55,115 nt of DNA. Source: Bdellovibrionota bacterium. GTDB lineage: Bacteria > Bdellovibrionota > UBA1018 > UBA923. The translations under genes and the position numbers were made by a program. Positions 47,008 to 55,115 of this stretch are shown piece after piece (position 1 is the stretch's first letter; each line of letters begins with the position of its first letter). The notes under the pieces are model-generated. The model was not told the origin of the DNA, ran no database searches, and was given only the letters and a program-made list of their open reading frames with translations. The stretch is from contig JBFMCE010000008.1 of NCBI GenBank assembly GCA_040754655.1, positions 1 to 55,115 on the forward strand, read 5' to 3'.

Positions 47008-47838
47008 TTAACGCTCTGAAAGGTCAACAGCCGAGCCCGGAGTCCGTGGTTTTTTTACGCGAAGATATTTTATCGCCTTAGTGGCATTTGTTATCTCGTC
47101 AACGCTGATGAAACCCAAGTTCAGCTCTTTGGGGCATTGCTTTAAAACCGCATCTCCGAAAATCTGACAAGAAGAAGCGCTGGGGGTCTTTTTCTCGGTC
47201 GCCGCGGCGGCATACTCGCTTTTGCAAATATGCTTCAAAGCTTCTATTCTTACTTGCTGGGCCGAAGGATCCCGGTCGAAATGCCGTGCATACGCATCGA
47301 CCAATCGATCGAGGAGCCCTTCGGAATCAGATGTAGCCTGAACTTGTTGGATGAGTTTTAGGCCAAGAGTCGTTCCGTCTTCCGTTGGATCATTCTCAAC
47401 GCAACTAGCAAGATCTGGCGAAAAAGACCTCTCCTCTGAGCGTGCGTTTTTCTCGATCTCTTTGAACAATATTGCCTCGGCCTCTTTTATCGGAAAGAGT
47501 TTCGCCAGGTCATCGGCAAGCATCACAAAGTAAACTTGATCTTTCTCGGGAAGACTTCTCATCTTCAAACGGAACTGCTCGCCATAGAGATATTCTCTTT
47601 TTAAGAAATCAACCATGGCAAAGTAATTCGAGTCCTCTTTCCGGGTGACTAAGATACGTTCCGCCGTATCAGGCGGTTGTTTCGTCACGACGTCAGCCAC
47701 CTTCGGCTCGAAGGTGCCCCTGAGTTCAAACTTCTTCTTTGTGCGGCTAGATCCTCCAAAGTATGCATAAGAAACTTGGGTCGCGCAGAATAGTCCCACT
47801 ATTACAAAGCCTAAAATGGCTCGCATTTGTACTTTCAT
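47008..47838 (-). CDS. Secreted hypothetical protein
   Basis: Start MKVQMRAILG (47838) with signal peptide ending SYA; several Cys. Confidence 0.7.
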   Translation of the reverse strand: MKVQMRAILGFVIVGLFCATQVSYAYFGGSSRTKKKFELRGTFEPKVADVVTKQPPDTAERILVTRKEDSNYFAMVDFLKREYLYGEQFRLKMRSLPEKDQVYFVMLADDLAKLFPIKEAEAILFKEIEKNARSEERSFSPDLASCVENDPTEDGTTLGLKLIQQVQATSDSEGLLDRLVDAYARHFDRDPSAQQVRIEALKHICKSEYAAAATEKKTPSASSCQIFGDAVLKQCPKELNLGFISVDEITNATKAIKYLRVKKPRTPGSAVDLSER

Positions 47839-47871
47839 AAAAACCTGGTCCCTCTCTCTATATTTATATAG

Positions 47872-47888
47872 AGCAACCGGCGTGCCGA
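47872..47888 (-). promoter_or_regulatory. Sigma-54 (-24/-12) promoter
   Basis: TCGGCACGCCGGTTGCT (GG-N10-GC). Confidence 0.65.
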
Positions 47889-48124
47889 TAGGGTAGGGCG
47901 CCATCCTGCGGAAAGACCAAGCTTTTACGAGAGTGTGTCAGAACGACACACGGCGAGCGGATAGACACCTGTCGAAGGATTTTGCGCTGTTTACGGCCAT
48001 TTTTAATGGATTTCTCTTTGCGTTTAACCCTACAAGCTTTGTCAATTCACAAGCGGCCTTAGTTAAACAGTATCTATTTAGTCAGGCATGCGCACCCGGA
48101 TGGGCAAGCCGCGCCTCAAATTGA

Positions 48125-50671
48125 TTACTTTTTCTTCTTCGATTTATCCGCCAGCCACTGGACCGCTTGATCAAGGGTCACGAGTTCGGAATTCATTTCT
48201 TTGGGCACTGAAACATTGGTCGACTTGTATTTGATGTAGAGCCCATACTTGCCATTGTAGATCGCTATCGGTTTTTGATCTTTGGGATGAAGACCCAGCT
48301 CTTTTACTAGAGTCGATCCAGCACGGCCTTTCTTTTCTTGAGCAAGAAGCTCAAGAGCTCGCTCTAGCGTGACTGTGTAAACATCGTCTTCTTTTTTGAG
48401 TGAACGGAAATCCCCGTCATGAACCACATACGGACCGAAGCGACCTGCATTGCACTGAATGGGTTTCTTGGTTTCTGGATGCAGGCCTAGCTCTCGCGGC
48501 AAGCTTAAGAAACGCACGGCCTGTTCTACCGTAACCGACTTCGGGTCGAATCCTTTTGGAATTGAAGCGCGCTTTGGCTTGGGAACCTCTTCAGTCACTT
48601 CGCCCATCTGGACATAAGGACCAAACCTGCCAACCAAAACATACATATTCTGGCCCGTTTCGGGATGAGTCCCCAAGGGTTGCGGACCTCGCGCCTGAAT
48701 CTCAAGAAGCTCCTCTGTTTTCTCAGCGCTCAAATCAGCCGGAGCGATATCCTCAGGAATCGAAGCATGAACATCGTCTTGCTCGTTCTTATTCCCCTCT
48801 TTGACGACGTAAGGTCCGTATCTTCCGATACGAACCTCGACACCCTTGAGATGGGTCAGGTTTACCGAGCGAGATTCATCAGGATCGATCTGTTTTTCTT
48901 TTTGCTCTACTTGGCCTTTAAGACCTTGCTTCCCCAAATAGAAACTTTTCAAGTAAGGAAGGGAATCCAAATTTCCTTCGGCGATCTCATCCAAAGATTG
49001 CTCCATCTTTGAAGTGAAGTTGAGATCAACCAACTGATCAAAATGCTTCTCTAGAAGCTGAGTCACCGCAAACCCAGTGAAGGTCGGCACCAAGGTGTTT
49101 TTTTGCCTACGCACGTAATCACGTTCAACGATGGTTCCGATAACAGCAGCATAAGTCGACGGTCTTCCGATGCCCGCCTTTTCCATGCCTTGAACCAATG
49201 AGGCTTCCGTGTACCTGGCAGGAGGTTTGGTTTCATGTGAAACCGGCTCAAGCTTTTCGAGCCCCAATGCATCGCCCGACTTCATCGCAGGCAAAAGAAC
49301 TTCCCGATCTTCCAAGGCCGCGGCCGGATCATCTGATCCTTCAACGTAAGCCCGCAAGAAACCCGGGAACAAAATACGAGTGCCCGTAGCTTGAAAGAGA
49401 GAGTTCCCGGCCTTGATGCGCACGCTCATCGACCGTTTCTTAGCGTCAGCCATTTGACAGGCCATGGTGCGCATCCAAATGAGTTCATAAACGGCGAGCT
49501 CTTTGCCACTTAAACCTGAACTCTTAGGATGAACAAATTCCGCACCCGCTGGTCTGATTGCTTCGTGGGCCTCTTGGGCTCCCTTCGATTTCGCCGCGAA
49601 CTGACGCACTTCAGGAGAAAGATATTCTTGGCCATAAAGCTCGGTCACGGCGGACCGGGCAGCCCGAATCGCTTCTTGCGAAAGATTGGGAGAATCCGTT
49701 CGCATATAGGTGATCAAACCTTCTTCATAAAGCCCCTGAGCCACCCGCATCGCATCCCGAGTTGAAAGGCCAAGTTTGCGGTTTGCTTCTTGTTGGAGAG
49801 TTGAGGTGATGAACGGAATCGGAGGTCGGCTCGTGAAATCTTTTTCTTCGACCGATTCCACCTTCCAATCCGTTCTCTCAAGCTGACCAACAAGGCCTTC
49901 TGCGTCGACCGCATTCAAGACTTTCAGTTGCTTGCCGGCTTCTAGTTTTCCTGTGGTTTCATCGAAATCTTTGCCGCTTGCGACCCGAACTCCGTCAACC
50001 TCGATGAGCCTCGCCTCAAATCGGTCGGCGTTTTTCTTAAGCTCCGCCTGCAAGTCCCAATATTCCGATTTTTGGAATTTAAGGCGCTCGCGCTCGCGAT
50101 TCACGATCATTCGCAAAGCGACGGATTGCACCCTTCCGGCTGACAGACCATAGGCGATTTTCTTCCATAGAAGAGGGGAGAGGGTATATCCCACGAGCCT
50201 ATCCAGAATGCGCCTTGCTTCCTGGGCTTTTACCAGGCGAAGGTCGATCTCACGGCAATCTTTGATCGCATTCTCAATCGCGGATTTGGTGATTTCGTGG
50301 AAGACCATGCGCTTTATCGGAATCTTAGGTTTGAGCACCTCGGCCAAGTGCCATGAGATGCTTTCTCCTTCGCGGTCTTCGTCAGTCGCCAGGTAGAGTT
50401 CGTCAGAGGTTTTGAGCTTCTTTCGAAGCTCGCTGATCACCTTCGACTTCCCCTTCGGAACGACATAAAGAGGTTCAAAGTCTTTCTCTACGTTCACGCC
50501 GATCTTCGCCCATTCTTCTTTTTTAAGGTCTTTGGGAATATCAGCCGCGGACTGAGGAAGATCACGCACGTGTCCCATGCTGGCTTCGACGGTGAAGTTC
50601 TTGGGTAAAAACTTGCGGATCGTCTTAGCCTTTGTAGGCGACTCAACTATAACTAGAAAGTTTTTGGCCAT
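48125..50671 (-). CDS. topA: DNA topoisomerase I with C-terminal Topo_C repeats
   Basis: IVESPTKA, ATDEDREGE, SAGRVQS, ITYMRTDS and GIGRPSTY motifs; four G[RK][FY]G[PL]Y repeats. Confidence 0.97.
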   Translation of the reverse strand: MAKNFLVIVESPTKAKTIRKFLPKNFTVEASMGHVRDLPQSAADIPKDLKKEEWAKIGVNVEKDFEPLYVVPKGKSKVISELRKKLKTSDELYLATDEDREGESISWHLAEVLKPKIPIKRMVFHEITKSAIENAIKDCREIDLRLVKAQEARRILDRLVGYTLSPLLWKKIAYGLSAGRVQSVALRMIVNRERERLKFQKSEYWDLQAELKKNADRFEARLIEVDGVRVASGKDFDETTGKLEAGKQLKVLNAVDAEGLVGQLERTDWKVESVEEKDFTSRPPIPFITSTLQQEANRKLGLSTRDAMRVAQGLYEEGLITYMRTDSPNLSQEAIRAARSAVTELYGQEYLSPEVRQFAAKSKGAQEAHEAIRPAGAEFVHPKSSGLSGKELAVYELIWMRTMACQMADAKKRSMSVRIKAGNSLFQATGTRILFPGFLRAYVEGSDDPAAALEDREVLLPAMKSGDALGLEKLEPVSHETKPPARYTEASLVQGMEKAGIGRPSTYAAVIGTIVERDYVRRQKNTLVPTFTGFAVTQLLEKHFDQLVDLNFTSKMEQSLDEIAEGNLDSLPYLKSFYLGKQGLKGQVEQKEKQIDPDESRSVNLTHLKGVEVRIGRYGPYVVKEGNKNEQDDVHASIPEDIAPADLSAEKTEELLEIQARGPQPLGTHPETGQNMYVLVGRFGPYVQMGEVTEEVPKPKRASIPKGFDPKSVTVEQAVRFLSLPRELGLHPETKKPIQCNAGRFGPYVVHDGDFRSLKKEDDVYTVTLERALELLAQEKKGRAGSTLVKELGLHPKDQKPIAIYNGKYGLYIKYKSTNVSVPKEMNSELVTLDQAVQWLADKSKKKK

Positions 50672-50717
50672 CGTTTATTCATGTATAGCCATATTTAATT
50701 GAAGATTGCAATTGCAG

Positions 50718-53700
50718 TTAGACACGAAATACCGGTCGCAAGTGTTTTACAAGCACGCTGACTGAGTGCGTATCTCGCTGAATTACGCCTCGAGCCACTA
50801 AAAAAGTGTGCTCATCAAAAAGCGCCCTAAAGCGCTCGTGCGTGCTTTTATGGAGGATCAAATCGAGAAATCCCTCCTCATCTTCAAGCGTTGAAAAGAC
50901 CGTTCCTTTAGCCGTTGGAGGTCTTTGACGAATAATCGCCAACCCCGCGATTGTAACAAGCTGCCCATGTTGAAAACGGCGCGCTTGACTTGTCGTGATC
51001 TTGGGCAAGTTTTTGAGTTTTGCCCGCAAGGCTTGCATCGGATGCCCTCGCACCGACAGACGATAAGAAGCGTAATCAGCTCGAATGGCTTCATCAAAAT
51101 CAAGCGGGGCGAACATCGGATCGCCTTGGGATTCTTGGGAAAGCAGGGCATTTTGAAAAAGATGGAATTGCCCACCCGGATCAGGCCGCAAAAACGCCTC
51201 GTGCGCCAGCACTTCCCAAAGAGCATGCCGCTGATCAAAACCAAAACAAGAAAAAGCGTCTCCCATCGCCAGGCGACTCAAGACCTGCGGTTTCAGTCGC
51301 ACTCTGGCGCAAAAATCGAGCAAGCTTTGAAAAGGTCTTTTCTTCCTTTCTTCAAGGATGCAAGCAGCCTCGGCCTCACCCAGTCCCTTCACAACCCTCC
51401 AACCTATTCGCAACGCCTTGCCTTCAAGGGTGCAATCCCACTCTGAAGCATTGGGGTGCAAAGCAAGCACTTGCACCCCATGCCGTCTGGCATCATTGAT
51501 CAGGGTGTTTGAAGAATAAAACCCCATCGGCTGGGAATTCAAAAGCGCGCACGTGAACTCAGCCGGGTAGTGACACCTCAAGTAAGAAGAAGCGTACGCC
51601 AATAATGCAAATGAAGCCGCATGCGACTCTGGAAACCCGTATTCCGCGAATCCTTTGATCTGTTCAAAAACACGATCAACCCACTCTTGAGGAAGACCGC
51701 TTGAGAGGAGCCCCGCTTTGAGTTTCTTCCCTAATTTCTCAATCGACCCCGTAGACCTCCAAGCCCCAATCGCTCGCCTGAGTTCATCGGCCTCGCCAGG
51801 GGTGAAATTCACGAGTTTGATCGCGATGCGCATGACCTGTTCTTGGAAGAGGGGAACGCCCAACGTTCTCTTCAAAATAGGAACAAGCCTTGGGTCAGGG
51901 AATTCCACTGGCTCAATGCCCCGGCGTCTCCTTAAATAAGGATGAACCATCTTCCCAACGATGGGCCCTGGTCTCACGATGGCCACTTGAATCACAAGAT
52001 CATAGAAGTTTTTTGGCAAAAGCCTGCCAAGCATGTTCATTTGGGCGCGCGATTCAATTTGAAAAACACCGACCGTGTCGGCTTTTTGCATCATCTCGTA
52101 AGTCCGCGCATCATCGCGTGGGATGCGATCCAGCGATAAACCACCGATGTAATCGCAAGTTTTTCGAATCGCCGTGAGCATCCCAAGGGCCAAGATATCG
52201 ACTTTGAGCAACCCTATGGCATCAAGGTCATCTTTATCCCATTGCACGACCGTTCTGCCCTCCATTCGCGCTGGCTCGATGGGAACCGTTTCAATCAGAG
52301 GATCTCGCGACAATGTGAACCCGCCGGAATGAATCGAGAGGTGGCGCGGGAATCCATAAAGCTCACCCGCTATTTTCCTGGCCAACCCCACTTGAGGAGA
52401 CGGGTTCTCTGCTTTTCGAACCTGCTCAAGATCGACTTCCAAAACCTTGCTCACCTCGCGTGATGCAGAGCGCGAACGGTAAGCGACCAATGCCGCGACC
52501 ATCGCCGCGCGATCACGCCCATAGCGCTCATAAATATGCTGGATCACCTCTTCACGGCGCTCATGCTCGAAATCGACATCGATGTCAGGCGGCTCGCCTC
52601 GCTCAGCCGAGATGAACCGCTCAAAGAGCATCTCGATCTGCGAAGGATCGATCGCGGTGATTCCCAGGCAGTAACAAACCACTGAATTCGCGGCAGAGCC
52701 GCGGCCCTGGCAGAGGATCTTCTTTGCGCGCGCGAACTCGACGATCTCCCAAATCGTAAGAAAATAGTCGGCGAACTTCAGCTCATCAATCGTTTTCAGC
52801 TCGTGTTCGATTTGGGTGACGATCTGCGGAGGGATTCCCTGCGGGTACCTCTTTTTCGCGCCTTCCCAGACAAGCTTGACGAGGTAAGATTGGGCTGTTT
52901 CGCCTTGCGGGATCCATTCGGAAGGATAGCAGTACCTCAGCTCAGACGGACTGAACGCGCAACTCTCAGCCACCACCAGCGTATTCGTGATTGCTTCTGG
53001 CAGATCAGCGAAAAGCCTTCTCATCTCGTCGGCGCTCTTAAGATGCCTCTCCGCGTTGGGATGCAGCTTTCGGCCAGCCCCTGAAAGCGTCGTCTGTTCT
53101 CGAACGGCCGTGAGAACATCTTGCAACACTTTCCTTGAAGCCATGTGATAATGCACATCGTTCGTAGCGATGATCTTGAGATCAAAAATACGACTGATTT
53201 CAAGCACGCGCCTCGTTCTTTGGACGTCAAATCCATCAAACAACCTTGAGAGCGGCAGATACAACCTTGAGCCAAAGAGATCTTTGAGCGCGCCGTATTG
53301 CACAGCCTGCCCGTCTTGCGCCAGAGCGACCAGGCCGTCTCGATGAGGTGATTCCATCATCTCAACGAACCTGTTCCACTGCAGGCTAGCTTTTCCCTTC
53401 TCGCGCCCTTCGTGGCTCGCTGAGATAAGGCGGCACATCAACCCATAAGCTTTGCGGTTCTGGGCAAGAAGAATGAGCGGTGGTTTTCCTTCCAGGGAAA
53501 GCTCTGCTCCGACGATGAGCTTCAATTTCGGATGATTTTTCACGGCGCGATAAGCTTTGGGCATGCCATAAACGCCATCACGATCCGTGATCGCTAAGGC
53601 ATTGAGGTTGAGCCTTGCAGCCTGTTCGATGAGCTCTTCAGGCCGGGAGGCGCCTTGCAAAAAGGAATGATTCGTCTTGCAGCAAAGCTCTGCGTAGCCT

Positions 53701-53720
53701 TGCTCAGTCAAAGTAACCAT
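50718..53720 (-). CDS. dnaE2: Error-prone DNA polymerase DnaE2 (ImuC)
   Basis: SFLQGASRPEEL, GRGSAANS, PPDIDVDFEHERREE, LLKVDILALG, YGFPESHA and NSQPMGFY motifs. Confidence 0.95.
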   Translation of the reverse strand: MVTLTEQGYAELCCKTNHSFLQGASRPEELIEQAARLNLNALAITDRDGVYGMPKAYRAVKNHPKLKLIVGAELSLEGKPPLILLAQNRKAYGLMCRLISASHEGREKGKASLQWNRFVEMMESPHRDGLVALAQDGQAVQYGALKDLFGSRLYLPLSRLFDGFDVQRTRRVLEISRIFDLKIIATNDVHYHMASRKVLQDVLTAVREQTTLSGAGRKLHPNAERHLKSADEMRRLFADLPEAITNTLVVAESCAFSPSELRYCYPSEWIPQGETAQSYLVKLVWEGAKKRYPQGIPPQIVTQIEHELKTIDELKFADYFLTIWEIVEFARAKKILCQGRGSAANSVVCYCLGITAIDPSQIEMLFERFISAERGEPPDIDVDFEHERREEVIQHIYERYGRDRAAMVAALVAYRSRSASREVSKVLEVDLEQVRKAENPSPQVGLARKIAGELYGFPRHLSIHSGGFTLSRDPLIETVPIEPARMEGRTVVQWDKDDLDAIGLLKVDILALGMLTAIRKTCDYIGGLSLDRIPRDDARTYEMMQKADTVGVFQIESRAQMNMLGRLLPKNFYDLVIQVAIVRPGPIVGKMVHPYLRRRRGIEPVEFPDPRLVPILKRTLGVPLFQEQVMRIAIKLVNFTPGEADELRRAIGAWRSTGSIEKLGKKLKAGLLSSGLPQEWVDRVFEQIKGFAEYGFPESHAASFALLAYASSYLRCHYPAEFTCALLNSQPMGFYSSNTLINDARRHGVQVLALHPNASEWDCTLEGKALRIGWRVVKGLGEAEAACILEERKKRPFQSLLDFCARVRLKPQVLSRLAMGDAFSCFGFDQRHALWEVLAHEAFLRPDPGGQFHLFQNALLSQESQGDPMFAPLDFDEAIRADYASYRLSVRGHPMQALRAKLKNLPKITTSQARRFQHGQLVTIAGLAIIRQRPPTAKGTVFSTLEDEEGFLDLILHKSTHERFRALFDEHTFLVARGVIQRDTHSVSVLVKHLRPVFRV

Positions 53721-55020
53721 GCAAAAAAAGCTCTTTTTTACCTGGTGTCGAAAATACCCAAAGTTGCTGCCCTGAATCCGTCAAAACCCGGTAATAATCG
53801 CGATTGAACCCCCGAAAATCTGGATCACGCCACCACTCAATGCTCAAACGCTCAGGCCCAATCCATTCTTTGACATGCCAACTTTGTTTGACACCGACCA
53901 GGCTTTCGCCTTCCTTCCTCAAAAGAACAGGCTTCTTCAAGACACGCGCAGGACGCATTGGGTATTCCTCTTTGGGCATGAGCTTTTCTTTGATTTCAAG
54001 AACACGGCTCCACGCCTTCTCAGGCAGATGCCTATCGACGGGCTGAGCGAGGAAGGCCCCTTCCTTTCCCAGCTTCTGCGCTAACCGGGCGATCAGCGCG
54101 TTCCAGGCCTCTTTCTCTTCTTCTTCGGCACTAAAAAGGTTCTTCTGGGCGCCATGTCCGGGTGCGGTCTCAAGAACCTCTAAATTTATTTTATTCACTA
54201 ATGCCGGAAATGGCCTTTTCCCTGCGTCAAAAGAGAGCTTGTCGCGCAAGATGGGGATCATCGACGAGACTGATCCTTGTGGCAGAGCGAACTCAATCTT
54301 CCAGTCGCGCCTTCTCTCAGACTCATTCTTCTCGAACTCGAAGTTCACGCCCAAGCTCGCAGCTCTCAGGCCTCGGCCGCGAAGCCTTGCCACAATACGA
54401 TCAAGCAAGCCCCTCAACACGAAAAGAAGAGGCTCTAAATCCGCGCATGCTGGCCAGACCGAAAACTCATTGAGTTCGATCTCTTCAAAAATCTTCTCTG
54501 CCGGCCGAAACTTCGGCCAAGAAAGAGAGAGTTTGCCCGCAAAGCTCTGTGAAACGCGCATCCCCAGCTCAACTCCTTCAGCGCCAAAACGCGAGGCAAG
54601 GGCGCTCACGGGAATCTTCAAGAATCCCTGCAAATCTTTCACCCCCAACGAACGCAAAGCCTGCATCATATGGATGGCTTTCACATGAATGATCTCATCA
54701 TGCGCAAAGGGGCTCGCATAAGCGAACAACGCCTCTAAAGGAAGCTGACTGCGTTTTTTGCACCCAAACTTGGCCAGTGCAAACGCCGTAGGAGCATCTT
54801 CAGCCACTCCAAGGTGGGGCAAGTAACCAAACCGCTGCGCCAAAACGCTCAATCGCACAAGCAATGTTTTTTCTTCAAACAGCCCCAAGCTTCGGCCGAT
54901 CTCTAGAAAGATCGCTTCATTGTCACGAACCGCGATTTGCGGGGTGAACCTGAAACAAGACTCCGCGAAAGGCTCGATCGAACTAGACTCCCTCAAGAAG
55001 GCGCAAACTATCCGTTCCAT
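53704..55020 (-). CDS. imuB: ImuB (inactive Y-family polymerase accessory)
   Basis: RFTPQIA, LFEE, QKNLF clamp-binding-like motif, HLPEKAW and GPERL..EWW...RDYYRV...LWVF..LHGYFD; directly upstream of dnaE2. Confidence 0.88.
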   Translation of the reverse strand: MERIVCAFLRESSSIEPFAESCFRFTPQIAVRDNEAIFLEIGRSLGLFEEKTLLVRLSVLAQRFGYLPHLGVAEDAPTAFALAKFGCKKRSQLPLEALFAYASPFAHDEIIHVKAIHMMQALRSLGVKDLQGFLKIPVSALASRFGAEGVELGMRVSQSFAGKLSLSWPKFRPAEKIFEEIELNEFSVWPACADLEPLLFVLRGLLDRIVARLRGRGLRAASLGVNFEFEKNESERRRDWKIEFALPQGSVSSMIPILRDKLSFDAGKRPFPALVNKINLEVLETAPGHGAQKNLFSAEEEEKEAWNALIARLAQKLGKEGAFLAQPVDRHLPEKAWSRVLEIKEKLMPKEEYPMRPARVLKKPVLLRKEGESLVGVKQSWHVKEWIGPERLSIEWWRDPDFRGFNRDYYRVLTDSGQQLWVFSTPGKKELFLHGYFD

Positions 55021-55115
55021 AGAATTTCCCCTCCTCGCAAAACAGCGTTCTTCCTTGCCATGCTTCTGTCTTTGAGAACATGACACTGCATGCCCTGAAC
55101 TTGCAGTTGCATTGA
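55008..55115 (-). CDS. 3' end of an upstream gene, probably ImuA-like (partial)
   Basis: Open frame (SMQLQVQG...LWNG*) overlaps the imuB start; this is the expected position for imuA. Confidence 0.45.
   Translation of the reverse strand, partial: SMQLQVQGMQCHVLKDRSMARKNAVLRGGEILWNG

Noticed and set aside
1..55115. CRISPR array, rRNA, IS/transposase, prophage, retron RT, canonical parS
   Set aside because: No regularly spaced repeats, no such protein motifs and no TGTTTCACGTGAAACA-like site were seen by eye.

Overview
Chromosomal region of a flagellated Gram-negative bacterium, most likely Bdellovibrionota/Oligoflexia-like. That taxonomy is an inference from a RomR-type regulator, tandem flagellins, FliA and RpoN promoters, imuB-dnaE2 and many secreted hypotheticals. 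Housekeeping genes include rfaE2, rsmE, an MltD-like gene, udk, rnj, rph, an amidase, nadC, birA, dut, a UbiB-like kinase, rnr, topA, imuB, dnaE2, tRNA-Leu(CAG) and a 6S RNA. These are interleaved with accessory genes. Main observations: (1) a plasmid-type parAB pair (HTH-ParA; ParB with a non-canonical recognition helix) among core genes, with a repeated 22-24 bp palindrome (candidate new parS) and a separate promoter-overlapping inverted repeat; (2) a FliA-driven small Zn-finger-like gene followed by a ~250 nt multi-hairpin RNA; (3) two pairs of paralogous lipoproteins flanking the 6S RNA that share a duplicated promoter/operator and carry a tandem repeat domain I do not recognise; (4) a symmetric 3+3 box palindrome in front of a Fic-HTH gene; (5) a frameshifted VapC toxin behind an intact antitoxin. 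No CRISPR array, rRNA, integrase or transposase was seen. All calls are by eye; no database searches were run.
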